Below are positions 40,562-50,130 of a stretch of 64,000 bases of DNA, piece by piece (positions within the stretch are counted from its first letter, which is position 1; each line of letters opens with the position of its first letter). Source of the stretch: an uncultured Planctomycetota bacterium (GTDB lineage Bacteria > Planctomycetota > Planctomycetia > Isosphaerales > Isosphaeraceae); the NCBI GenBank assembly GCA_963823665.1, contig CAWGMQ010000007.1, positions 256,001-320,000 on the forward strand. The letters run 5' to 3'. Made by a program: the position numbers and the translations under genes. Below the pieces are notes generated by a model, which was given only the letters and a program-made list of their open reading frames with translations, did no database searches and was not told the DNA's origin.

Positions 40562-41685
40562 CCCTTTCAGGGACGACAATGGTCGTGGAAGAAGCGGGCT
40601 CGACGGCCGAGTGGCTGGAGGCCCACTGCCGTGGCCCGCTCGCGCCGGGAGACGTGATCCTACATGCGCCTTCGTTCGCCTTTCAGACGCCGGGCGGGGG
40701 CGAGAACCAGTTGATCCAGTCCGGCCGGCACGTGGAAGAGCTGGGAGTTCCGGTGCGACTGTTCTGCGCATGGATGGACCGTCTGGAATGCGCGCGGCTG
40801 CTTCATCTCTTCGGAATGTCGCGCGAGGGGCTCGAGCTGGCGCGGGTGGCCAGGGCACGCGGAATCCCGGTCGTGCTCTCGCCGATCTGCTGGTACGAGC
40901 CGCGCGCGATGGCGGCACTCGAGCCCGAGCCGATGCGCAAGGTCGCGAGCCTGGCGGGCTGGGGGCTGCGGTCGGTCTTGCCGGGAACTCCGAGCTGGCG
41001 ACTCAAGCTTCTCAAGATGGCCGACGCGGTTCTGCCGAACTCCCGGTGCGAGGCGAACCAGCTCATGCGTCTGTTCGGCGTGAGCGCGGAGCGGATTCAC
41101 GTGGTGCCCAACGGGGTGCTGCCGGTCTTTTGCCGGCGCAGCCGGACGAGTTCCATCGCCGATTCGGGGCGTTTCCGTTTGTGCTCTCGGTGGGACGGAT
41201 CGAGCCGCGGAAGAACACGCTGGGGTTGATCGAGGCGGCGCGGCGGCTGGAGCTGCCGATGGTGGTTGCCGGCGAGGCTCCTGCGGGGTTCGATCGATAT
41301 GAGGCAGTCTGCCGGCGTGCCGCGGGCGATCGAACGATCTGGCTGGGGCGGCTCGAGCATGACGATCCACTGCTGGCCTCGGCATACGCGGCGGCGCGGG
41401 TCTTTGCACTGCCTTCGTGGTTCGAGACGCCGGGACTGGCCGCGCTCGAGGCGGCGCTCGGCGGGCTGTGCGTTGGTGATCACGCCGTACGGGGCCACGC
41501 GGGAGTACTTCGGCGATTTCGTCCAGTACGCACGGCCTGGCCGGCCAGGCGAGATTGAGCGGGCGCTCGAGACGTGCTGGGAAAACGGTGCGCATCCCGG
41601 TCTGGCGAAGTGGGTCGAGTCGCGATACCTTTGGCCGCGGGTGGGCCAGATGATAGCGGAGGTTTATGAAGCGGTTGGCCGCTAG
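40558..41685 (+). CDS. Glycosyltransferase family 4; frameshifts near 41140 and 41465
   Basis: GGGENQ, VVPNGV, VGRIEPRKN, PSWFETPGLAALEA. Confidence 0.85.
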
Positions 41686-43018
41686 TCCCAAGCCTGTTCG
41701 CACTGGACGGTACCGCTACAGCAAGCTGCGGTGGCGCGTGCTGGTCCACGCGTTCGACTTCTTCGGAAGTCTGGCGATGGCGATCGTCCGCAGATTCTGG
41801 CAGGCAGGACCGTTTGAGCGGCCGCGGCGGATTGTTCTGGTGCAGCTCGACCATCTGGGTGACGCGGTGCTCTCGACGCCCTTGATCGCCGAGCTGCGGG
41901 CTGCGTACCCCGAGGCGACGATCGACGTGCTGGCCTCGCCCAGCAATCACGAGGTGTTCGAGGGCGACCCGAACGTCAATCGGGTGCACGTGGCCGAGCG
42001 AACCTGGTTCGAGCGAAGTCCGGAGCGCTGGGGGCTGATCACGGCGGTGTGGGGCCTGGGCCGGTCGCTGCGGGAGCACCGATACGACCTGGGGATCGAC
42101 GTGCGCGGCGACGTGCTTTCGGTGCTGGTGCTTGCGCTGGCGCGAGTTCCGCGGCGGGTGGGCTGGTCGATGGGGGGCGGATCGTTCTTGCTCACGGACA
42201 TCACCGCGTGGAAACCAGGGCGGCACGAGGTGCGCTCGCGGCTGGCGCTCCTGGGAAGACTGGGAATCATCCCCGATGAGCGCGCCCGGGTGGACGTGAC
42301 GGTGCGTGACGAGGACCGTATCGCGATCGCGCGGCGGCTCGCCGAAGCCTGGCCGCGGCGGATGGTGCGGCGCTCGGAGGCGTTCGTGCGCGTGGCCGGG
42401 CGCGAGCGCGGCTCTCTGGCACGTGCGGCGCGAGTCTGGTCGTCGACCGATTCGATTGCCGAGGAGCCCGACTGGCTGCACGCCGATCGCTTTTCGGCTC
42501 TTCCGCCGCTCCTGGCCGTTCACCTGGGTGCCGGAAATGCGGCGAAGCGGTGGCCGGCGCGGGCGTGGAAGCTGCTGGTGGAGCGTTTTCTCGCGACTGG
42601 CTGGCGGGTGGTGGTCGTCGGTGGGATTGATGACATCCCGCTTTCGAGCTTGCTCGAGCCGCATGAATGGCTGCGCGACTGGACGGGCAGCATGACCGTG
42701 GCGCAGACGACCGCCTTCCTCGAGCGGGCTGATCTCTTCATCGGCGCCGACTCGGGCCCAGCCCACCTGGCGGCCTCGGCGGGCACGCTCTCGGTGATCC
42801 TGTTCAGCGGGACCAATCAGGCGAGGCAATGGCGGCCGTGGTCGCGGCATTCGCTGGTCATGCGGCATCGGGTTTCTTGCCACCCATGTCACCAGAAGGT
42901 CTGTCCGCTCGAAGGCCATCCCTGCATGGCGGGGCTGCATCCGGACCGGGTTTATCGAGGGGCGATGCGGTGGTGGAAGCGCACGCACCGGGCGGAGTCA
43001 CCACATGCGCCGTTGTAA
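41666..43018 (+). CDS. Glycosyltransferase family 9 (heptosyltransferase-like)
   Basis: DHLGDAVLSTP, KRWP, FIGADSGPAHLA, CHPC. Confidence 0.9.
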   Translation: MKRLAASPKPVRTGRYRYSKLRWRVLVHAFDFFGSLAMAIVRRFWQAGPFERPRRIVLVQLDHLGDAVLSTPLIAELRAAYPEATIDVLASPSNHEVFEGDPNVNRVHVAERTWFERSPERWGLITAVWGLGRSLREHRYDLGIDVRGDVLSVLVLALARVPRRVGWSMGGGSFLLTDITAWKPGRHEVRSRLALLGRLGIIPDERARVDVTVRDEDRIAIARRLAEAWPRRMVRRSEAFVRVAGRERGSLARAARVWSSTDSIAEEPDWLHADRFSALPPLLAVHLGAGNAAKRWPARAWKLLVERFLATGWRVVVVGGIDDIPLSSLLEPHEWLRDWTGSMTVAQTTAFLERADLFIGADSGPAHLAASAGTLSVILFSGTNQARQWRPWSRHSLVMRHRVSCHPCHQKVCPLEGHPCMAGLHPDRVYRGAMRWWKRTHRAESPHAPL

Positions 43019-43232
43019 GGACGTGGATTGGCGGGGGTGGGTCACCCTGGCGTGGGTGATCTTCTGGGGCGGCGTGTATTGCAACATGGCGGTTCGGGCG
43101 CGCGGCCAGCGCGTGCTGGACTGGTTCAGGCCGCGGCAGGCTCAGGTCTCGAAGCTGGCTACCATGAGCGGACAAGATCGGGAGTCAGAAGATCGGCTCG
43201 CGGCGCCTTCTGGATCGACAGCTCGTCAATGA
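43005..43232 (+). CDS. Small membrane protein
   Basis: DWRGWVTLAWVIFWGGVY hydrophobic segment, overlaps GT9 end. Confidence 0.5.
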   Translation: MRRCKDVDWRGWVTLAWVIFWGGVYCNMAVRARGQRVLDWFRPRQAQVSKLATMSGQDRESEDRLAAPSGSTARQ

Positions 43233-45066
43233 TTGTGCCGTCCGCGGTCCAGGCGCGATAGGTGAGGCGGCTCGAGGGCGGGTCAATCTCGAAGGTTTGA
43301 TAGGTCGAGACGCCGGAGCGACTCACTTCAACGTAGTCGCGCTCGGTGGTTTCGACGAATTTGTCGCCGGAAACCGCCATCAGGTAGATCGTGCCGCCGG
43401 CGGGTGCGCTGGCGCGAGCGTGGGCACGGAGAGGGTGGGTTCTCTGGTAGGCGTGGTCGTGACCCTGGAGGACGAAATCGACGTGGTGCTTATCGAAGAC
43501 CGGCACGAAGCGCTGGCGCAGGGCTGGCAGGTCTCGCCAGGGATGGGACGGGTAGATCGGGTGATGGAGCATCACGAATTTCCAGGATGCGCAGGTGCGG
43601 GCGAGGGTTGCGTCGAGCCAGTCTGCCTGTGCTTTGGCGGCGGCGGGGTCGTAGGCGGCGAGTGTGCTGTCGAGCACGGCGAAACAGGCGTCGCCGGTTT
43701 CGAAGTGGTAGACGAGGCCGGTGGCGATTCCGGCCGGGCCGTTGCCAGGGAGCTCGAAGAACGCGCGATAGAGCCGGGGCCCAGCATCGAGATACTCGTG
43801 GTTGCCGACGCAGGGCATCAGCGGCACGCGGTCGAAGACACCGGCGGCGCGGAGGAAGAAGTGATCCCAGTTGGTGCGCTCATTGCCGCGGTCGACGAGG
43901 TCGCCGGCGAGCAGAATGAAATCGGTGGCGGGGTTTTTGCGATGAGCGGCGGCGAGCAGACGGCCCCAGCTCTCGAGGCCGGTCTGGGCATCGCCCAGGT
44001 AGAGGAAGCTGACTCCGGCTTTGCGGGCGGGCGCGGTCTTGACGGTGTGCCAGGGTCCCCAGTGCGCGGGGGTGCCGTCGCCCAGGGAATAGCGGTAGAC
44101 GGTATCTGGTTCCAGCCGATCGACGGCGACGCGGTGGCGGCGGATGACGGGGTCGTTGAGCAGGTTGGGAACTTCGACGGCGGTCGACTCGCCGCAAACG
44201 ATTCGCAGGAGGTGGGGATCGTCGCCGCCGTTCGCGGGCTCTCGGGCCAGCCGGACGCAGGTTGCTTCGACGGCCGGCGACGTCGTCCAGGTCCAGACGA
44301 GCCCGGTCGCCGGGTTGGCGCCGTAGGAGATTGCGACCTGGGTCGGTTGTTCGTGGGCGACAGAGTGGGTTTTCCAGACCCGGCCCGTGGCCAGGAGCGT
44401 GCTGTGCCGGTTGCCGTGAGCGGGCTGGAGCAGAATGGCTCCGGACAGCTCGGGGGGAATCGACTTGAATGGCTTGTACACATCGCGGGCCGCGCTGCCT
44501 CCCGGAGCGGCAGGCGCGAGATTCCAGGCTGGAGCGGAGAGGGGGTCGAAAGTCACATGAAGCGGCTTGTGTGCAGGGTTGGGGTCTCGCCCCGGCGCGG
44601 GCCTGACAAAGACGACGTAGTGGGCGATTGCGGTGCGGTCGAGACCATTGACGCCCAGGCCGACGGGTCCGGTCGGGAACCTCTTGCGATAGATTTGCCA
44701 GGAGGTGTCGCCCGTCTCCAGGATAAGGTCCGTGGTTTGAAAGCCCTGGTCGGTGAGCCAGAAGGGGATCGACGCGACGGGGGCGGCGACATCGACGATG
44801 ACCGGCCTGTCGACATTGAAGCGCAGATATCCGCGCGCGAGCGCTGCGCGTTCGCCCGGTTGAAGACGGGCGAGCAGGTCTGGGCCGCGGGTGGCGAGCG
44901 CGGTCAGCTCGCGCTCCGAGCACGAGCGGCTGAGCCTCTGGCCGATCGAGCGCATCGTCACGGCGGAGGGGGGCAACGGGCCGGGGTAGGGCGAAGCGGC
45001 GTGGGCGAGGAATGCCGCCGCGATGAGGATCAGCCGGATTCGGCCGGACCGGCTCGTGGCTTCCAT
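43159..45066 (-). CDS. Purple-acid-phosphatase-like metallophosphoesterase with FN3 domain
   Basis: GDAQ, GDLVD, GNHE, HHP, GHDH motifs; signal peptide. Confidence 0.9.
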   Translation of the reverse strand: MEATSRSGRIRLILIAAAFLAHAASPYPGPLPPSAVTMRSIGQRLSRSCSERELTALATRGPDLLARLQPGERAALARGYLRFNVDRPVIVDVAAPVASIPFWLTDQGFQTTDLILETGDTSWQIYRKRFPTGPVGLGVNGLDRTAIAHYVVFVRPAPGRDPNPAHKPLHVTFDPLSAPAWNLAPAAPGGSAARDVYKPFKSIPPELSGAILLQPAHGNRHSTLLATGRVWKTHSVAHEQPTQVAISYGANPATGLVWTWTTSPAVEATCVRLAREPANGGDDPHLLRIVCGESTAVEVPNLLNDPVIRRHRVAVDRLEPDTVYRYSLGDGTPAHWGPWHTVKTAPARKAGVSFLYLGDAQTGLESWGRLLAAAHRKNPATDFILLAGDLVDRGNERTNWDHFFLRAAGVFDRVPLMPCVGNHEYLDAGPRLYRAFFELPGNGPAGIATGLVYHFETGDACFAVLDSTLAAYDPAAAKAQADWLDATLARTCASWKFVMLHHPIYPSHPWRDLPALRQRFVPVFDKHHVDFVLQGHDHAYQRTHPLRAHARASAPAGGTIYLMAVSGDKFVETTERDYVEVSRSGVSTYQTFEIDPPSSRLTYRAWTADGTIIDELSIQKAPRADLLTPDLVRSW

Positions 45067-45150
45067 GACACGAGGTCCCGAAAGTGAAAAAGCCTTCGGC
45101 GTATGCGGCCGAAGGCCATTGAGAGCACGCGACAGGTCACCGGGAAATCA

Positions 45151-45393
45151 TCAGTTCGATTCGACCGGAGACCGACCCCTGGCGAGGTTGTTGACGAGGT
45201 TGGCGGCATCCGTTGCACGCGCGAGATCAGAGTATTTTGCCACTGGCGCTGAATGCGTTTCGTCGCTGTAGACACCGACAACGGTGTACAGACCGTGCAT
45301 CTCGCCCGTGATGGCCCTGGAAAATAGACCCGACCGGATCAGAGAAGCCATGTTCTGCTGCCACAGTTGGGTTTCGGCCAGTTTCGCGGTCAT
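45151..45393 (-). CDS. Small hypothetical protein
   Basis: MTAKLAETQLWQQNMASLIRSGLF..., protein-like with its own long upstream region. Confidence 0.7.
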   Translation of the reverse strand: MTAKLAETQLWQQNMASLIRSGLFSRAITGEMHGLYTVVGVYSDETHSAPVAKYSDLARATDAANLVNNLARGRSPVESN

Positions 45394-46015
45394 GGCGAGC
45401 CCCTTGAGTATGAAAGAAGACGCCATCCATGGACGAATCGAACGATATTGAACAGCAACACTTGAACGGCCAGGCGGATCAGAGCAAATCAATTTCCTGC
45501 GTCACCGCTTGGCCGAGTAGAAATCGAGTCTTACGAGGATTGCGATTCCTTCGCGGGCCGGATTATCCTCAATCGTTCCCCTATTGGTATAGACGAGCTT
45601 CGAATCAACATGGTTCATCACCCGTCAAACGATCGATTCACTCCGCATTCCCGCGCCGGATTCTTCATCCGCTATGATCGTCAGCGTGTCGACACGCGAC
45701 TCTCGTCGCAAGTTCATTCGCCGCGATCACTCCAGTATGGGGCAAAATTGGGGCCGTTCGTAAAAAATGAGAAAGTTCCGCAAAAATCGCGTTTCCGAGC
45801 CTGGGCTCGTGCCCAGGAGTTAAGCCACCCTGCTTCGATTGCAAGCAGCACAGTTTGCGTTTGAGAGCCGACTAGTGCAAGTGCGTCGTCGGTTATCCAC
45901 GCAATCCCATCTACTCAATAGTGCGTGCATGTAACCGTCAAAGTCAAGGGCGGGTAGACGGATTTTCAAATTGTTGTGGAATTGAAACAAGTACGTTGGA
46001 GGCATGGGGATCGAA

Positions 46016-47014
46016 TCATCCAAGAGATTGGGAGGTCAGTGCATCGCGGGCGATGGCGAGGGCACCGTGGACGACGACGGACTCGCCGAGGGTGGCGGGG
46101 ACGATGTCGTAATGTCCGCGGAAGGGTGGGAACACCTCGTCGTCGGTGAGTTTCCTGATCGGGTCGAACCAGTCCTGTTCGCCGATCAGGGAGACTCCGC
46201 CGCCGATCACGATGCGGCTTGGGGCCAGCAACGCGATGACCTGGGTCAGGGCGAACGCAAAAGAGGCACGTGCTGCTGCCAGAATGGCGGTCGCGTCGGG
46301 GTCGCCGGCGGCGGCGGCTTCGGCGACGAAGGCGGCGGTGATCTGGGTGGGGTCGCCGTGAGCCCGGGTGAGTACGAGCCAGTCCGGTTGCTGTCTCTGG
46401 AATTTTTGCACGGCGAGCTCCTTTGCGGCGGCGGCGATTGCCCAGCCGGAGGCGACGAGCTCGAGCTCGCGTACGGTGACGTCGGAGCCTCGGGAGTGAG
46501 GGACTCGAAGGTGACCGATCTCGGTTGCTCCGAGGCCGGCGCCGCGGTAAATGCGGTCATCGATGACGAGTGCGCCGCCGATGCCGCTGCCAACTGTTAT
46601 ATAGAGGAGGGGTGAATGGCCACGCCCGGCGCCAAACCGGAACTCGGCGAGGCCGGCTGCGTCTGCGTCGTTTTCGATGACGGTGGCGGGGATTTGGAGG
46701 TGTTCGCGGATCCAACCGGCCAGCGGGAAATCGTCCCAACCTTCAATCTGGTAGGATTTTTGGACGCGGCCACGAGCGGAATCAACCGGGCCGCCGAAGC
46801 CGATGCCGGCGGCCTTGATTTCATCACGTGCGAGACCGGCTTGCTGGAGCAACGGCCGGAAGGCGGTTTTGATCTGGTCGAGGATGCCGGCGGCGCCGCG
46901 GTGGGGGTCGACTTGGAGTCGGTCGAGTGCCCGGAGGGTTCCATCACCCGGCCCGATCCCGAGCTGGAGCTTGGTGCCGCCGATCTCGATGCCCAGGAGC
47001 GGGGGTTGACCCAT
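46016..47014 (-). CDS. ROK family sugar kinase
   Basis: GIEIGGTK, GIGFGGPV, ENDAD, GSGIGG, EIGH. Confidence 0.9.
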   Translation of the reverse strand: MGQPPLLGIEIGGTKLQLGIGPGDGTLRALDRLQVDPHRGAAGILDQIKTAFRPLLQQAGLARDEIKAAGIGFGGPVDSARGRVQKSYQIEGWDDFPLAGWIREHLQIPATVIENDADAAGLAEFRFGAGRGHSPLLYITVGSGIGGALVIDDRIYRGAGLGATEIGHLRVPHSRGSDVTVRELELVASGWAIAAAAKELAVQKFQRQQPDWLVLTRAHGDPTQITAAFVAEAAAAGDPDATAILAAARASFAFALTQVIALLAPSRIVIGGGVSLIGEQDWFDPIRKLTDDEVFPPFRGHYDIVPATLGESVVVHGALAIARDALTSQSLG

Positions 47015-47666
47015 GCGCTTCAGCGAGCTCCTGCTGGCGCTCCTTACCTGCGGCTGCTCCTGCTCCGGCTCCGTTAAGTGAGGCCTCCTTGGCGGAGAAT
47101 CGGCGGAAGAGGTCGTCGATGATCCAGTGGAAGACAACCTGGTGGAGCGATTCGACGATTCCCATGTCGTCGATGGCGGCGTGGAGGTTGTGATGGGCGA
47201 GCGATTTGAGCTTGCCGCCTGAGAAGCCGGTGATACCGACGGTCGTGAGGCCGTGGTCATTGGCCCAGGCGACGGCCTTCAAGATATTGGGGCTGTTTCC
47301 CGAGCCCGAGATAGCGAGGAGGACATCGCCGGGCGAAGCGAGGGTTTTGAGCTGCTCGAGGAAGATGCGGTCATAGCCTTCGTCGTTGGCCCAGGCCATG
47401 ATGCCGGCGGTGTTATCGGTCAGGCTGAGGACTTTGAGCCGTTTCTGGTTTTCGAAGTCGCGGAGGGTGCACTTGGCGAGATCTTCACAGAGGTGCGACG
47501 CATTGGCCCCGGAGCCGCCGTTGCCGATGATGAAGACGAACCGGCCGTGATCGTAGGCGGTTTCGACGAGCTCAGAGACCTTCTCAATCTGGGCCGGATC
47601 GAGCTTCTCGATTTCACGGCAGACCACGGACATATATTCGGAAACGCCGAGTTTTGCACCGAGCAT
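46944..47666 (-). CDS. gmhA: SIS-domain phosphoheptose isomerase
   Basis: GNGGSGANASH, AWAND, ISGSGNSPNI, ESLH; near GT9; 3' end uncertain. Confidence 0.75.
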   Translation of the reverse strand: MLGAKLGVSEYMSVVCREIEKLDPAQIEKVSELVETAYDHGRFVFIIGNGGSGANASHLCEDLAKCTLRDFENQKRLKVLSLTDNTAGIMAWANDEGYDRIFLEQLKTLASPGDVLLAISGSGNSPNILKAVAWANDHGLTTVGITGFSGGKLKSLAHHNLHAAIDDMGIVESLHQVVFHWIIDDLFRRFSAKEASLNGAGAGAAAGKERQQELAEAHGSTPAPGHRDRRHQAPARDRAG

Positions 47667-47988
47667 CAGTATTTCACCTGGAACGGAATGGGGCCCTGGT
47701 TGTGGGTGATTCGCTGGAGAGATCATACCCGAGTTCGAGTCGAACGGTAAAGTCGAGGGGCGGGGGTGTGGGATTGGGGGCACATCTGGGGAGGGAAGTT
47801 GTTGCGCCGTTCAAGGGCGGTTGCGCGCAAGGATGAGCGAAGAGTGGCGCGTAGCGAGGTGGGGGTCTGAGTGGCGGCTTCCGATGTTTTTGTGACATAA
47901 TGCGGTTGTATCCTGCGCACGCTCGCGATGCAGACCGCGATCCTTCGATGGATGGGGAATCACGGGGGAAGATTGGCGCGGAGACCGC

Positions 47989-49194
47989 ATGATGCCGACG
48001 AGACTGACGAAACTCCACGTGTCGAACTATCGGGCGCTAGCGGACGTGGACTTAGCGCTTGGTCCAATCAACGTGCTCTTCGGGCCCAACGGCACCGGAA
48101 AGTCAACGCTGCTCGACACGATCTGGTTTGTTCGGGATTGCGCAATTCGTGGTGTCGAAGCCGCATCAAATGCACGCGATCACGGAATAGGCTTGCTGTA
48201 TGACGGCGCGGCGGAGGGCAGCTCGATCGCTGTCGCGCTCGAGACGGAAGCGGCGCGATACGAGCTCGCGCTCGAATTCTCCGCGGGCCGCATCGAGCCT
48301 ATGGCCGGGGAGCGCCTGGAGTCGATCGTTCGTGGCAAGAAGCTGATCCAGCGTGTTGCTGGAACCGGTCGAGCCGACTTTTTCCACGTGGAGCTGGGGC
48401 AATCGGCGAACTTTGAGCTTCGCGAGCCGGAGAAGCTGAGTCTTGCCAGGTACCTCGACTACACTCGCTGCGACGAAGCGGCCGATATGGACGGCATTCT
48501 CCGGCACGTTCGGAGTTATCACTCGCGGTCGTTTCACGTTTATCAGTTAAAGAAGTATGGGTCAGAGAGCGGGTATGAGACCACGCTTTGGTCGTTTGCG
48601 AACAACTTGTGGTCGGTCATCCGCAACCTCGAAGCCAAGCGCCGCCTCGACGATCGGTATGAAACGATTCTCAGCTACATGCGGAAGGCGTTCCCTCGCT
48701 CATTCGAGGATATCGTCATCGAGCAGACGGGGCCGAACTCGCTCTATGCGAAGTTCATCGAAAAAGGTCGGCGACAGCCAATTCTGGCATCAGGCGTCTC
48801 GGATGGCCACATCCAATTGCTAATCCTTCTCACCGCGCTCTTTTCTGAAGGTCGGGACCGTTCCTCTTTTCTCCTGATCGACGAGCCGGAGACCTCGCTG
48901 CACCCTTGGGCCTTGGCGGTCTTCGCCGAGGCGATGATCGAGGTCGCTCAGCAGTGGAACAGGCAGATTCTTCTAGCCACGCACTCGCCCGTTCTGATTA
49001 GCCAGTTCGACCCCGACTCGATTCTGAGTGTCGAAACACGCGACGGCCGCGTGAGCGTCGCGCGATTAAGCGAGATTCCGGGGATCCAAGACCTGCTTGA
49101 GCAATACGCCGCTGGATCGCTCTTCATGAGTGAAATGATCGCGAGCCAAAATGCCGATCAGGTTACCCACGGCACGCCCAGAGGGGATGGGTGA
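47989..49194 (+). CDS. AAA_21/AbiEii-type ABC ATPase
   Basis: VSNYRAL, GPNGTGKS, SDG, LLIDEPETSLHP, ATHSP. Confidence 0.9.
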   Translation: MMPTRLTKLHVSNYRALADVDLALGPINVLFGPNGTGKSTLLDTIWFVRDCAIRGVEAASNARDHGIGLLYDGAAEGSSIAVALETEAARYELALEFSAGRIEPMAGERLESIVRGKKLIQRVAGTGRADFFHVELGQSANFELREPEKLSLARYLDYTRCDEAADMDGILRHVRSYHSRSFHVYQLKKYGSESGYETTLWSFANNLWSVIRNLEAKRRLDDRYETILSYMRKAFPRSFEDIVIEQTGPNSLYAKFIEKGRRQPILASGVSDGHIQLLILLTALFSEGRDRSSFLLIDEPETSLHPWALAVFAEAMIEVAQQWNRQILLATHSPVLISQFDPDSILSVETRDGRVSVARLSEIPGIQDLLEQYAAGSLFMSEMIASQNADQVTHGTPRGDG

Positions 49195-49973
49195 TGAGTG
49201 AGGGCGGAGAGATCTCCGAGTGGCCTTTCCACAAGTTTGCGCTGTTCGTCACTGGCGATGGCGAGCGGGATTTCCTGCCGCTACTGGTCCGCCTTCTGGA
49301 GACGGACGGACATTGTCTTTTCCGTGTCGTCCACCAATTGGGCCAACGCAGTCCGATCCGCTCGAAGGCAAAGTCGTTGGAGATGGTCGGCCGGGGCAAG
49401 GAGATTCCCGATAAGGATGAGGAAATTGGGCTGAAAGCCCGTAAGTACCTCGCCGAGGGATACCATTACGTCGTGCTCATCGACGACCTCGAACATGCGC
49501 GGTCCGAGATGGCAGAGGCGGTGTATGATCGATATCGACGAGCCTTTGATGTGATGCTCAGCCCGCTCGGTCTCCAATCCAAGGCGTCGGTTCACTTCCT
49601 GGTCAACATGCTCGAAGCTTACTATTTTGCCGACGCGCAGGCTATAAACCGTGTGCTCGGCACCCAACTCGTGGATTTCGAGGGTGACGTCGAAACAATC
49701 CCTCTCCCGAAGAACCAACTCAAATCGCTTGCTTCCTCATTAGGGAAGGGGAGAAGTTTCGATGAAGTTAAAGACGGAAAGGCGATCATGCAGCAGCTCG
49801 ATGTCGCCAAGGTCCTCTCGCGACCGGAGACCTGCCGCTCGCTGAGGACGGCGTTCGCCTGGTGCAGTCGAGCAATGGGGATGCGGCCGACCGAGCGATT
49901 TCGCCTTGTCGACGGGTCGCTCTTTCCGGTCACCGCCGTGCAGCTCGATTCGCTCGCGCCCGTCTCCGGCTGA
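49191..49973 (+). CDS. DUF4276-like (TOPRIM-fold) protein
   Basis: LFVTGDGE, LIDDLE, MLEAYYFAD, PKNQL; coupled to the ATPase. Confidence 0.7.
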   Translation: MMSEGGEISEWPFHKFALFVTGDGERDFLPLLVRLLETDGHCLFRVVHQLGQRSPIRSKAKSLEMVGRGKEIPDKDEEIGLKARKYLAEGYHYVVLIDDLEHARSEMAEAVYDRYRRAFDVMLSPLGLQSKASVHFLVNMLEAYYFADAQAINRVLGTQLVDFEGDVETIPLPKNQLKSLASSLGKGRSFDEVKDGKAIMQQLDVAKVLSRPETCRSLRTAFAWCSRAMGMRPTERFRLVDGSLFPVTAVQLDSLAPVSG

Positions 49974-50130
49974 GAGCTGAGAGGCTGCGCAAACGCCTCA
50001 TTCGCCAGTTGCCGACCAATGCGGTTTATCGCCAGCCGAGCTACAACGTTGATCATCTGGCGATGAGCGCCGTAGACTTGCACCGACCGAGTCTGATCGC
50101 CTCCTCATCGCTTCGAGGTGCGAACCCGTC

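Noticed and set aside
35273..45087. Long antisense ORFs (35273..37072, 41480..42988, 43297..45087)
   Set aside because: Shadow ORFs of high-GC genes with clear motifs on the opposite strand.
49974..50130. Possible remnant of a methyltransferase C-terminus on the minus strand
   Set aside because: Too short and stop-ridden to support.
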